Shown here: positions 1 to 15,043 of the stretch, piece after piece
How the letters are laid out: every line of letters begins with the position of its first letter
Numbering within the stretch: the first letter of the stretch is position 1
Assembly: GCA_002269645.1 (NCBI GenBank)
Contig: NIVC01000190.1
Location: forward strand, 186,001 to 250,000
DNA from: Macrostomum lignano
Lineage: Eukaryota
DNA: 64,000 nucleotides
Direction of reading: 5' to 3'
Notes under the pieces: generated by a model
Seen by the model: only the letters and a program-made list of their open reading frames with translations
Database searches by the model: none
Told to the model about the DNA's origin: nothing
Position numbers and translations under genes: made by a program

Positions 1-622
1 ACTAACTCTGTACAGTGAAATGTATGTAACTCCCGTTTTTTTTATAAACGAATAGAAAGCAATACTATTCAGTTGTGATTAGGCTACAATATTGAATTTT
101 GACGGTACTAGTTTGTTTGTCATTGTGCAGGCAATATGTACGAGTATCCAGCATGCAGTAAAGGCAACCAGCATGCAGGATATGCATGTTTATCGTACCT
201 AAAATTGTGCTGAATTCGCGTATAAACTGCTGACACGGGTGACCATTTCGGCGAAAAATTTATTCCAAGCTTTGTTGAAGAGTTTTTTGTTTTAGAAGAA
301 AGTTAAAAAGAAAAACGACGAACTTTAAAAAGACTAATTTTATCGTGACATGTTTTTGTTTTGTCGCAGTTAATTTAGTTGTTTTATTAGATGCCTTATT
401 AGATGGTGGAATTTCAAAGTACGATTTTAGGAGCCTTTGAATTATTATAATCTGAAAACCACACCGTCATCATCCCTAATCTATCGACTGCATATCGATA
501 GATCGCATGTACATAACATAGCTACGAGCTGAGTCATGAGTTTTTAAATTTTCTAACTGCAAATAATTTGCAGCAATGAACAATTTATTAAAAGCTTCAA
601 TCACCAAAGTGGTATATTTGCA

Positions 623-1582
623 ATGGCAGTGCTTATCCCCACGGTACCGTAGGAATAATTTCTGTCTTATTCCAATGGTACCGTGGGGATAATTTTCTGC
701 TTATTCGCACGGCACACTGACGGGATGGCTGCCCCATCTTCTACATATGCCGTGGGTTCATAATTTAGTTTAGTACTTACGGTTTGAGTGCAGTATAGCA
801 ACATAACTTTGCTTGGCCATTATTTTTATAGAAGTAAAGATTTAATGGCCTTTTTACACAAAAAAACACTTTTTTGTATTTATGACGTATGATTTAAGAT
901 GAACTGCTCTAGTAATTGTTTACAATTTAAGAACTTTTAGCAACTAGTCTAATCCCGACATCCCCGAAAAGTCCATTGCCGCTGCTTCTGTAGACTTCTT
1001 ACTAGACATGTAAATTCTCAATTTTTTTGTATAGATTATTGCATTGGTTCCTGGACACTTCGTCATCTTACCACTTCGTCATCCACTTATATTTCTAGAC
1101 ACTTCATCATCTTACCACTTCGTCATCTATGATACTATTGTGGACACATCGTCATCTACTCCCTAGACACTTCGTCATCCACTTTGTCTAAAAAACTTAT
1201 TGAATAGCTATATGTAACTTCGTCAGCTAAGTTGGATCGAGTAGTCATAAATATAGGTGGCTACACTGAGGATTAAAAAACTAACTGATTAACTGACTGA
1301 TAAGTGATAATTAATAAGGATTAATTACGACAGGGTAAGAGCTGGAGAAGGGAAGAGATCGCGATCGCAATCAGTACTTGAAAATTGAATTCTACTACAA
1401 TTGCTTGTAGAATTACAATTCACCTGTGCAGATAAGCAGAAAATTATTCCCACGGCATATGTAGAGGATGGGGCAGCTGTCTCGTCGGTGTGCTGTGCGG
1501 ATAAGCAGAAAATTATCCCCACGGTACTGTTGGAATAAAACAGAAATTATTCCTACGGTACCGTGGGGATAAGCACTGCCAT
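623..1582. mobile_element. Putative non-autonomous DNA element bounded by ~134-bp imperfect inverted repeats (623-756 / 1449-1582)
   Basis: ATGGCAGTGCTTATCCCCACGGTACCGTAGGAATAATTTCTG...CATATGCCGTGGG at 623-756 is the reverse complement of 1449-1582, with scattered mismatches. The interior has short ACACTTCGTCATC repeats (~1050-1180). No ORF and no clear TSD. Confidence 0.6.
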
Positions 1583-3639
1583 ACGTAGCCCATCTTTTCG
1601 CCAAACTGGTCACTTTCTTTCGCCGAAATGTACATCTATTAAAACCTAAAATTCACTTTCGCTAAGGCGTCTTTCGCCAAAAATTTCTTATTTTTAGGCT
1701 TGTTAAGTTGGTTGGCCTTGGCTTAGGCTTAGCTAGCTAGATTAGGTCTAGGCCTAGCTAGGCCTAGCCTTAGTTAGCAAGCAATACTTTTTTAAACTGT
1801 AGAAATATAGAAAATTAGAAATAAAAAAAGATTTTTTTACCAAAATAGGGGATTTTTTTAACACTGCCTGTCCTTATCAATTGCCTCATAAATCTGTCAA
1901 TTTGTTCCTGTCATTCTGTCTTCCGTCATACTGTCAATTCTGTCAAGATCCAACTCTATAAAGTTTTTTTCCTAGAAAAATGCGCTGTTAAAAATGCTTT
2001 CTAGTAGGCAGTAAGCTACCATATAAATATAAATATTATTGCCATATAAATATCATTGTCCATGACAATTTTATATAAATAAAGTGATTTTTTAAAGTGA
2101 AGAAGCAATTGGTATTTAAGAAAATGTGCATTTTTAATTGTTTTCCATGAACTATTTTTGCTCCTTGCTTACTGAGCACCTCGAAAGAAGGCTGCATTAG
2201 ATTGCTATTGCTCGTAGCATTTCTTAAAATCTTGCACATTTTCTTATTGTTAAAGTGTAATAGGCCTATAACAATTATTTTGAATATAAAATGCCTAAAT
2301 CTATAGAAATCTACTAATGTATTTTGTTTCTATGCATAGTTAAAAAACTTTTTACTGTTCTGTTCATCAAACGCAATTAGCATATTAACATCAACACATT
2401 GATTCATACATAATACTGATGTATATATATAGGAGTACTAAGTAGGCCTAGCATAATGGGTATTGTAATGTGCTTTGCTTTTGCTTTTAGTTGTTTTAAA
2501 TATCAAAATGTGAGTTATCAGTTACCACAAATTATATGGCTAGCATTTTATGTCTTTTAAGGGCCTAGCTTACCCTTGCCTACAAGTTTGACATTACTCA
2601 TTAGTCATTAGGTGGTTATTAGCGGCTTCTAGTCAATCTAGCAACAAGACGATCTGGCAACAGAAAATCTGGCAACAGTCAAATTGGTGACAAATTTTGT
2701 ATTGTAGATTTTACAGATTTTAGATACAAACAAAACTTACATAAATATAGTTTTAATTGAATTTTGCATGTACTAGGTGTGGTTTGTAGAGAATTCTTTT
2801 TAGGATAGCTAGTATCTTTTTTAAAATAAAACTTGTAGACTATATGGCTATAGCTAATTGCCTGTACAGTCTGTACTTTGACATAATTTAAAATGTCATA
2901 GGCCATAGCAAACATAATACATTTTGCTATAATAATTTTAGTAGGGCCCCCTACCCTACCCCCATGGCCATAGGCCTATATAGATGTATCTGATTAGAAA
3001 ACTAAAAAGTAGCCTTTTTGTGAAAAAATACATCAATTTAATGCAATGTCCCTTTTTTATAGCAATATTATAACAAGGATTTTGAACCCAAACCTGCTAA
3101 ATTCCAATCCTAGCAAAGCAAACAATTAGAGCCTTTTCCCTTAGTTTTTTGACATAATTGGCTCTTAACTAGTTTTAGCTAGCCTAGATCTAGGTCTAGT
3201 CTATGATAATGGGCTTAGGAGATAAGTTTGTTTATAGATTATATTTATAGGTCTATGTTTTTAATTATAATAAAAAATATTTGATTGGGTTCTTAAGTTA
3301 GCTAGGCTAGGTATAAGCCTAGGCCTAGCTATGTACATGTGCATGTCTAACTTTTGGCATACAAGGCTAATGCATGCCTAAATTTTTGGGTATATATTAT
3401 AAGGGTTATTTGGAAAGTCCTCAATCAAACATTTCTAACAGATTAATAGATTGAGCAAATGTAACACTACTCTTCTTATTTTTCAACATAGGCACCCTTA
3501 AGACTTATGCACTTGTCCTATCTCTTAGGCAACTTCTTGATGCTAGCAGCATAAAAATCAGTAAGTGACCCCCTGACCTATTGGCTGATAGCTAATGCCA
3601 GGGTCTATAGGCCTAAAGAACTCAGGAGTATAACATTTG

Positions 3640-3860
3640 CTTGCGGGAAGTTTGCTTGCCAAAGTTTGCTTGCAGTAATTTTGCTTGCCGAGCTTTGCTT
3701 ACAGAATTTTGCTAGCCAAACTTTGCTTGCCGAACTTTGCTTGCCAAACTTTGCTTGCCGAAGTTTGCTTGCAGGAAATTTGCTTGCAGGAATTCTATTG
3801 CCAAAGTTTGCTTGCAAGAACTTTGCTTGCCAAACTTTGTTTGCAGAATTTTGATGTCTG
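3640..3860. repeat. 14-15-bp tandem repeat (AAAGTTTGCTTGCC-like)
   Basis: About 15 degenerate copies with a TTTGCTTGC core. Confidence 0.8.
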
Positions 3861-4562
3861 CTTCCTAGAAATTCACAATCACAATTGCAAGGTTTTGACT
3901 TGCCAAATTAGAATATTTTCTTGTCTGCTTGCTTGTTTTGATTGCTTGTGAAGTTGGTCCGTCAATTATTATTTACTACAGATGCTTTGCAAGTGGATTC
4001 TTATCAGCGTTGACATAAACTGACTTGACACTGAGCTTTCAAACTAGGCTTATAGAGTTTCATTCTAAGAATTTAGGGGTCACAATATATAGCTGTCATA
4101 GCGTAAGTTTGATCGTGCATTGGAACTTTTACACTGCAGAGATAGGAGCTAAGAACAATCTTATCTTGAACGATGTTCTGCATTAGGGCTTTTCAAATCT
4201 GCCATATCCTCATACAAAATCATAACACTATAGGCAACTTCCACAAATCTTAGGTCTTGGGTCTTGTCCTAAGCCAAGATTAAGATAGAATAGTGTTGAT
4301 ATTTGCATTGTATTGTTTTTAATTTTATGACTAACTTTATTTATCTTATAATTGGCCTATTGACAAATTTACTAAAGAAGTGGCCCCCTTTCCACATGTG
4401 GACAAGCTGACAAAATGACTAGGATCCACTTTAACCAGGTCATTTATGCTTGGTGTCTATGAACATGATTTTGGCTATTTTATATTGATATTTGAATATT
4501 TCTAGGTATTCTACAGTTTATCTACAATCAACTTTCTAGCTCTGTGTTAAATAGAAGCAAAA

Positions 4563-6753
<2,191 letters not shown>

Positions 6754-7424
6754 ATAAAAAAGCTGTAGTCTGTAAATGCTCGACCCCATTAATGTTTCTG
6801 CTATACATCTAATTATTGGAACACATGGTTAAATATAGACTAGTGTAGACACCATTGGAAATGTAACGTTTTGAATTTAAAATTTCTTGAAGGTAAACCA
6901 TTACCAAGGTATAAAAGATGATATACAATGTGTAATTTGTTTTGGCTGTCCGGTTGAAAACCTTACCCTAACAAGAATTGCGAAAGAGTCATTGCAAACA
7001 ACTCACTGGTGACTCTGGGGCGACTTGTACCGTTTATGACTCGTTTGATATTTTTATTTGGCTATTGGTGTCGGTTTATATCGATTTTTTTGTAAATTGT
7101 AAGTAAGACTATCTACTATATCTTCAGTAGTGTGTAACGCTTGTAATACAGTAAATTGTAACGATTGTAACGGTGTCAAATGCATTCCCTATGACAATTT
7201 ATTCAGTTTTGAAATGTAAACTGTATACAGTTCTGATTTTAGTAGATTTAGTTTTGAGAGAGTCAAGTACTGCTTTGATCAAATGCCATTCATATAAATA
7301 CACTGCTTCTAGAATTGTTTAACTTTTTTTGTTTGTTTAATGTTTTTGTTGAATAGCTTGCCAATTTACTGTAAATAGATATTGTCATCGTGAAGTATCT
7401 CTGCTAAAACGACTTAAAAAACTT

Positions 7425-9450
7425 CCTTAAAATCGCCCCATAATCTCCCTTAAAATCGCCCCAGAATCTCCATTTTAGAATCGCCCCAGAATTGCCCTTT
7501 AAATCGCCCCAGAATCCCATTTAGAATCGCCCCAGAACCTCCCTTAGAATCGCCCCAGAATTCCTCTTTGAATCGCCCCAGAACCTCCCTTAGAATCGCC
7601 CCAGAATACCACTTAAAATCGCCCCAGAACCTCCCTTAGAATCGCTCCATAATCCCCCTTAGAATCGCCCCGGAATCCCCCTTAGAATCGCCCCAGAACC
7701 TCCCTTAGAATCGCCCAGAACCTCCCTTAGAATCGCCCCAGAATCCCACTTAGAATCGCCCCAGAATCCCCCTTAGAATCGCCCCAGAATCCCCTTAGAA
7801 TCGCCCCGGAATCCCCCTTAGAATCGCCCTAGAATCCCACTTAGAATCGCCCCAGAATCGCCCCAGAACCTCCCTTAGAATCGCCCCAGAATCCCCCTTA
7901 GAATCGCCCCAGAATCCCCTTAGAATCGCCCCGGAATCCCCCTTAGAATCGCCCCAGAATCCCACTTTGAATCGCCCCAGAATCTCCCTTAGAATCGGCC
8001 CAGAATCCCCCTTAGAATCGCCCCGGAATCCCCCTTAAAATCGCCCCAGAATCCCACTTTGAATCGCCCCGGAACCTCCCTTAGAATCGCCCCAGAATCC
8101 CCCTTAGAATCGCCCCAGAATCCCCCTTAGAATCGCCCCGGAATCCTCCTTAGAATCGCCCCAGAATCCCACTTAGAATCGCCCCAGAATCCCCCTTAGA
8201 ATCGCCCCAGAATCCCCTTAGAATCGCCCCGGAATCCCCCTTAGAATCGCCCTAGAATCCCACTTAGAATCGCCCCAGAATCGCCCCAGAACCTCCCTTA
8301 GAATCGCCCCAGAATCCCCTTAGAATCGCCCCGGAATCCTCCTTAGAATCGCCCCAGAATCCCACTTAGAATCGCCCCAGAATCTCCCTTAGAATCGCCC
8401 CAGAATCCCCCTTAGAATCGCCCCAGAATCCCACTTTGAATCGCCCCAGAATCTCCCTTAGAATCGGCCCAGAATCCCCCTTAGAATCGCCCCGGAATCC
8501 CCCTTAAAATCGCCCCAGAATCCCACTTTGAATCGCCCCGGAACCTCCCTTAGAATCGCCCCAGAATCCCCCTTAGAATCGCCCCAGAATCCCCCTTAGA
8601 ATCGCCCCGGAATCCTCCTTAGAATCGCCCCAGAATCCCACTTAGAATCGCCCCAGAATCCCCCTTAGAATCGCCCCAGAATCCCCTTAGAATCGCCCCG
8701 GAATCCCCCTTAGAATCGCCCTAGAATCCCACTTAGAATCGCCCCAGAATCGCCCCAGAACCTCCCTTAGAATCGCCCCAGAATCCCCCTTAGAATCGCC
8801 CCGGAATCCTCCTTAGAATCGCCCCAGAATCCCACTTAGAATCGCCCCAGAATCTCCCTTAGAATCGCCCCAGAATCCCCCTTAGAATCGCCCCAGAATC
8901 CTCCTTAGAATCGCCCCGGAATCTCCCTTAGAATTGCCCCAGAATCCCCCTTAGAATCGCCCCGGAATCTCCCTTAGAATCGCCCTGGAATCCCCCTTAG
9001 AATCGCCACAGAATCCCCCTTAGAATCGCCCCAGAATCCTTAGAATCGCCCAGAATCCTCCTTAGAATCGCCCCAGAATCTCCCCTTAGAATCGCCCCGG
9101 AACCTCCCTTAGAATCGCCCCAGAATCCCACTTAGAATCGCCCCAGAATCTCCCTTAGAATCGCCCCGGAATCCTCCTTAGAATCGCCCCGGAATCTCCC
9201 TTAGAATTGCCCCAGAATCCCCCTTAGAATCGCCCCGAAATCTCCCTTAGAATCGCCCTGGAATCCCCCTTAGAATCGCCACAGAATCCCCCTTAGAATC
9301 GCCCCAGAATCCTCCTTAGAATCGCCCAGAATCCTCCTTAGAATCGCCCCAGAATCTCCCCTTAGAATCGCCCCGGAACCTCCCTTAGAATCGCCCCGGA
9401 ACCTCCCTTTGAATCGCCCCGGAACCTCCCTTAGAATCGCCCCAGAATCC
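7425..9450. repeat. ~23-bp minisatellite (TTAGAATCGCCCCAGAATCCCCC) between YIPF1 and selU
   Basis: About 2 kb of tandem copies ending ~80 bp before the selU ATG. Confidence 0.95.
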
Positions 9451-9532
9451 AATCGCTCTAAGAGCCTCCTGGAATTTTGTAAAGATTTTTAAAAATCGCC
9501 CTAATTATCAAAAACGTACCTTGAATATTATC

Positions 9533-12500
9533 ATGCATAACCTGTCACTGGCTTGGTTGCAGTTCGGTCGCTGCCGTGTCACCACCGCGGCCTTAGCGAC
9601 GGTGTGTCGCGTGTTCAGCCGCTACCAGTTAAACAGGTGCAGCACATTTAGCTACAACATCAAGCATAACAATAACAACAGTTCAATTCTAACAGAACCC
9701 AACCCATTGAATTGGGCAGCCTATGACGAAGTGATTGACGTTCGAACTCCGTCAGAATTCGCAGACGATCACCTGCCCGGAGCTGTTAATCTGCCGCTAT
9801 TAGGCGACGGGGATCGAGCAGCGATTGGTAAAACATTCGCCCGATCGCCGTTTGATGGGCGACGCTTGGGAGCATCTGTGATTAGTCAGAAAATCGGTGA
9901 ACTGCTGGGCACTCACTTTGCTGATAAGAGTGTCGATTTTAGGTAAGTCTAGCGTCCTAGAATCCTACATAATCCTTATTTCCTAGAATCCTACAAAATC
10001 CTTATTTCCTAGAATCCTACAAAATCCTTATTTCCTAGAATCCTACAAAATCCTTATTTCCTAGAATCCTACAAAATCCTTATTTCCTAGAATCCTACAA
10101 AATCCTTATTTCCTAGAATCCTACAAAATCCTTATTTCCTAGAATCCTACAAAATCCTTATTTCCTAGAATCCTACAAAATCCTTATTTTCTAAAACTCT
10201 ACAAAATCCTTATTTCCTAGAATCATACAAAATCCTTATTTCCTAGAATCATACAAAATCCTTATTTCCTAGAATCCTACAAAAAATCCTTATTTCCTAG
10301 AATCATACAAAATCCTTATTTCCTAGAATCATACAAAATCCTTATTTCCTAGAATTCTACAAAAAATCCTTATTTCCTAGAATCATACAAAATCCTTATT
10401 TCCTAGAATCCTACAAAAAATCCTTATTTCCTAGAATCATACAAAATCCTTATTTCCTAGAATCCTACAAAAAATCCTTATTTCCTAGAATCATACAAAA
10501 TCCTTATTTCCTAGAATTCTACAAAATCCTTATTTTCTAAAACTCTACAAAATCCTTATTTCCTAGAATCATACAAAATCCTTATTTCCTAGAATCCTAC
10601 AAAAAATCCTTATTTCCTAGAATCATACAAAATCCTTATTTCCTAAAATCCTACAAAAAATCCTTATTTCCTAAAATCCTACAAAAAATCCTTATTTCCT
10701 AGAATCATACAAAATCCTTATTTCCTAGAATTCTACAAAAAATCCTTATTTCCTAGAATCATACAAAATCCTTATTTCCTAGAATCCTACAAAAAATCCT
10801 TATTTCCTAGAATCACACAAAATCCTTATTTCCTAGAATCCTACAAAATCCTTATTTCCTAGAATCCTACAAAATCCTTATTTTCTAAAACTCTACAAAA
10901 TCCTTATTTCCTAGAATCATACAAAATCCTTATTTCCTAGAATCATACAAAATCCTTATTTCCTAGAATTCTACAAAATCCTTATTTCCTAAAATCCTAA
11001 AAAATCCCTATTTCCTAGAATCATACTGTGGTGACTTGGCTGGGTTGATTTTTGTTATTGATGTTAGCTTGTACTTTATTCTGTGTTTGGGGGTGGTGTT
11101 TTTACCTGTCTTGCTCTGTGCGCCTTTCTACAATATCTTGATGTACGCTCTTACTCATGTACTTTCTTCAATCTGGCTAATCTTGTTCTCCACCCCTAAG
11201 CCTTATCCACTAAATGTAGCGTGCTCAATATTTACAATAAAAATCGCAGTCGCTTGCCTTGTATCAAGCGTTTATCGTTCTACAATCTAAAGTGAAGTCT
11301 TTAAACCTACAAAATCCCCATTTCTTAGAATCCTACAAGATCCCTATTTCTTAGAATCTTTCAAAAATCCCCCTTTTCCTAGAATCCTACAAAACCCCCC
11401 CTTTCCTAGAATCTTTAAAAAATCCCCCTTTTCCTAGAATCCTACAAATCCCCCCTTTCCTAGAATCCTACAAATCCCCCCTTTCCTAGAATCCTACAAA
11501 ATCCCCCTTTCCTAGAATCCTACAGAATCCCCCTTTCCTAGAATCCTACAAAATCCTCCTTTCCTAGAATCCTACAAAATTCCCCTTTCCTAGAATCCCA
11601 CAATATCCCCTTTCCTAGAATCCCACAATATCTCCTTTCCCAAAATCCTGGTTAGAAACTGACTAAATGGAGTAGATGTGTCTACAAAATCCCCTTTTCC
11701 CATTGCAAAAAATCCTTAAATTATCAGAATTCTATCTTCGCATCCCAATATCTTAGTGCCCTAAAATGCGTCGCAAGGTGTCTTGCAAATTTCATAATTC
11801 TTCATAATTATTGAAATCCTCGCCAGGCCGTTAATCTACTGCTGGCGCGGCGGCCAGCGCTCCCACTCTCTAGCGATCGTGCTTTCCCAGATTGGCTACC
11901 AGCCAACAGTTCTTGCCGGCGGCTACCGGGCCTACAGGCGCGTCGTTGTGAAGTCACTGAATGACCTTGCCGGTGTTGAGCCGCCTGTTGGACGACTTAA
12001 ACGCGCAGTGGTTTTAGCTGGGCTGACAGGTTCAGGCAAGACTTACCTGCTTGAACGATTGGCTAGACAAGGAGAGCAGGTATGCAATTCTACTGCTTTA
12101 TAGAGTTTACAGTAGATCTCGTCTAGTTTTTAAAGCGCTGCCCGAAAAGAGCCGTTTTAAGTTTAGCCATTTTAGGTGTAAGTTTTTGCTTACGAGCATA
12201 ACATTAGTTAGTAATCTGTAATTACCTGCCTGAAAAGGGCCGTTTTAACTGAACTAGATGTAGTAGAACTAGAAGTGTCTGTAAGTAACCTGCCTGGAAA
12301 GTGCCGTTTTAACTGACTAGATGGAGTAGAACTAGAAGTGTCTGTAAGTAACCTGCCTTAAAAGGGCCGTTTTAACTGACTATATTTAGTAGAACTAGAC
12401 TAGAAGTGTCTGTAAGTAACCTGCCTGGAAAGTGCCGCTTTAACTGACTAGATGGAGTAGAACTAGAAGTGTCTGTAAGTAACCTGCCTTAAAAGGGCCG

Positions 12501-13728
12501 TTTTAACTGACTATATTTAGTAGAACTAGACTAGAAGTGTCTGTAAGTAACCTGCCTTAAAGGGGACGTTTTAACTGACTAGATGGAGTAGAACTAGAAG
12601 TGTCTGTAAGTAACCTGCCTTAAAGGGGACGTTTTAACTGACTAGATTTAGTATAACTAGAAGTGTCTATAAGTAAGATGCCTTAAAGGGGCCGTTTAGC
12701 TGACTAGATTTAGTAGAACCAGTAGTGTCTGTAAGTAAGCTGCATTAAAAGGGCCGTTTTAACTGAACTAGATGTAGTAGAACTAGAAGTGTCTGTAAGT
12801 AACCTGCATTAAAAGGGCCGTTTTAACTGAACTAGATGTAGTAGAACTAGAAGTGTCTGTAAGTAACCTGCATTAAAAGGGCCGTTTTAACTGAACTAGA
12901 TGTAGTAGAACTAGAAGTGTCTGTAAGTAACCTGCATTAAAAGGGCCGTTTTAACTGACTATATTTAGTAGAACTAGAAGTGTCTGTAAGTAAGCTGCCT
13001 TAAAGGGGACGTTTTAACTGACTAGATGGAGTAGAATTGCCTGTAAATAACCTGCCCGAAAAGGGTCATTTAAAACTTTATTTCATACATAAACCCTTTT
13101 TTACAATTGCCAGGTAGTCGATCTGGAGTCCCTAGCAAATCACCGAGGCTCCCTACTCGGGTCCGATCCCAACAGACCCGATCAGCCAAGTCAGAAATCG
13201 TTCGAATCGTCGCTTTATCGAACTCTCAGCCAGCTGGACGCGGACAAGCCGGTGTGGCTGGAATGCGAGTCGGCTCGCATTGGGTATCGCTCTCTGCCGC
13301 AGTCGCTAGTAGCCACCCTGGCCCGGTCGCCCAGAATACTTTTAGAAGCAGAAAGTGCAGACGATCGAGTCAAGCATCTGATTAAACAGTACGGCTCACT
13401 TGTAGAACGTACTGAACTGCTGATTGAGAGGCTCAATCTACTCGGCAGGCATCATTCGAAATCCACAAAAGCAAACTGGCTTGCCGCAGCCGCTGCAGGC
13501 GACATCCCCAAGCTGGTCCATCTATTGCTAGCTGATCATTACGATCCGCTGTATCGCCATAGCAGGCGCCGCTATTTCTTAGAGACTGATAGCAGACGCG
13601 TGATCCGACTGGCCTTGAACTGCAACACTATTCATAGTGACGAGATTTTAGTTCAGCTTAAACAGGCTAGGGATTCACTGCTGTTTGATAATGAACCGTC
13701 TGGCAGAATAGCTGTGAACCGCATTTAG
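9533..13728 (+). CDS. selU: tRNA 2-selenouridine synthase (SelU/MnmH/YbbB family), ~425 aa, with N-terminal presequence; exons 9533-9942, 11827-12079, 13114-13728
   Basis: Rhodanese domain (IDVRTPSEFADDHLPGAVNLPLL...) with active-site loop YCWRGGQRS, then LAGGYRAYR, P-loop GLTGSGKT, DLESLANHRGSLLG, QPSQKSFES, VWLECESARIG and LLADHYDPLY. All are co-linear with bacterial MnmH (E. coli IDVRAPIEF, CCARGGQRS, GCTGSGKT, DLEGLARHRGS, EDESRMIG, LLEEYYDPMY). Introns: AG|GTAAGT...CCAG|G (phase 2) and CAG|GTATGC...CCAG|GTA (phase 0). The spliced frame is open. Confidence 0.95.
9955..11025. repeat. 26-bp minisatellite (CCTAGAATCCTACAAAATCCTTATTT) in selU intron 1
   Basis: About 40 tandem copies starting 12 bp after the donor site. 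Confidence 0.95.
11305..11640. repeat. Variant of the 26-bp minisatellite (CCTAGAATCCTACAAAATCCCCCTTT) in selU intron 1
   Basis: About 12 diverged copies. Confidence 0.85.
12225..13060. repeat. ~63-bp minisatellite in selU intron 2
   Basis: Unit AACTAGAAGTGTCTGTAAGTAACCTGC...GGGCCGTTTTAACTGA..., about 13 copies. Confidence 0.9.
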
Positions 13729-13959
13729 GTAGCTTTTTAGTAATATGGATGAATTAAGTCCAGTGTTTTCAACTTTCTGAATATATTATTATGCATGTCG
13801 AACTTGCTTCTTGTTAAGCAGTACTTAGTTAATTTTGTTGTTTTGATTTTCATTTATACTTTGAGAGACAGACAAAAACCAGGGATAGAGACATTAGCTA
13901 TCAAGGCATGTAGACAACAATATACGAGTGCTAAGGACACAGGACACTTAGGAATTAAG

Positions 13960-14940
13960 ACAGACACCAAAGGGTAGGACAGACACCAAAGGGTAGGACA
14001 GACACCAAGACAGACACCATGACACTAGGACAGACACCAAGACAGACACCATGACACTAGGACAGACACCAAGACAGACACCATGACACTAGGACAGACA
14101 CCATGACACTAGGACAGACACCAAGACACTAGGACAGACAGACACTAGGACAGACACCAAGACAGACACCAAGACACTAGGACAGACAGACACTAGGACA
14201 GACAGACACTAGGACAGACACCAAGACACTAGGACAGACAGACACTAGGACAGACACCAAGACAGACACCAAGACACTAGGACAGACAGACACTAGGACA
14301 GACAGACACTAGGACAGACACCAAGACAGACACCAAGACACTAGGACAGACAGACTCTAGGACAGACAGACACTAGGACAGACACCAAGACACTAGGACA
14401 GACAGACACTAGGACAGACAGACTAGGACAGACAGACACTAGGACAGACACCAAGACACTAGGACAGACAGACACTAGGACAGACAGACTAGGACAGACA
14501 GACACTAGGACAGACACCAAGACACTAGGACAGACAGACACTAGGACAGACAGACTAGGACAGACAGACACTAGGACAGACAGACACTAGGACAGACACC
14601 AAGACACTAGGACAGACAGACACTAGGACAGACAGACTAGGACAGACAGACACTAGGACAGACAGACACTAGGACAGACACCAAGACACTAGGACAGACA
14701 GACACTAGGACAGACAGACTAGGACAGACAGACACTAGGACAGACAGACACTAGGACAGACACACTAGGACAGACAGACACTAGGACAGACAGACTAGGA
14801 CAGACAGACACTAGGACAGACAGACACTAGGACAGACACCAAGACACTAGGACAGACAGACACTAGGACAGACACCAAGACAGACACCAAGACACTAGGA
14901 CAGACAGACACTGGGACAGACACCAAGACACTGGGACAGA
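13960..14940. repeat. GGACAGACA-based compound minisatellite between selU and KAT8
   Basis: CTAGGACAGACA(CCAAGACA/GACA) units over ~1 kb. Confidence 0.9.
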
Positions 14941-15043
14941 CAATGGCAGATTCAGCCCAATCAAGCAACTCCACTCGTGTCGCCATTCCAGCCTTCCAAC
15001 CCCCGGCAAAAGCCAGCCAGCCTAAACCAAGCCAAACCAGCAA

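Noticed and set aside
9533-13728. selU as bacterial contamination
   Set aside because: It has two phase-consistent spliceosomal introns filled with host-type minisatellites and a eukaryotic presequence, and it is contiguous with YIPF1 and KAT8.
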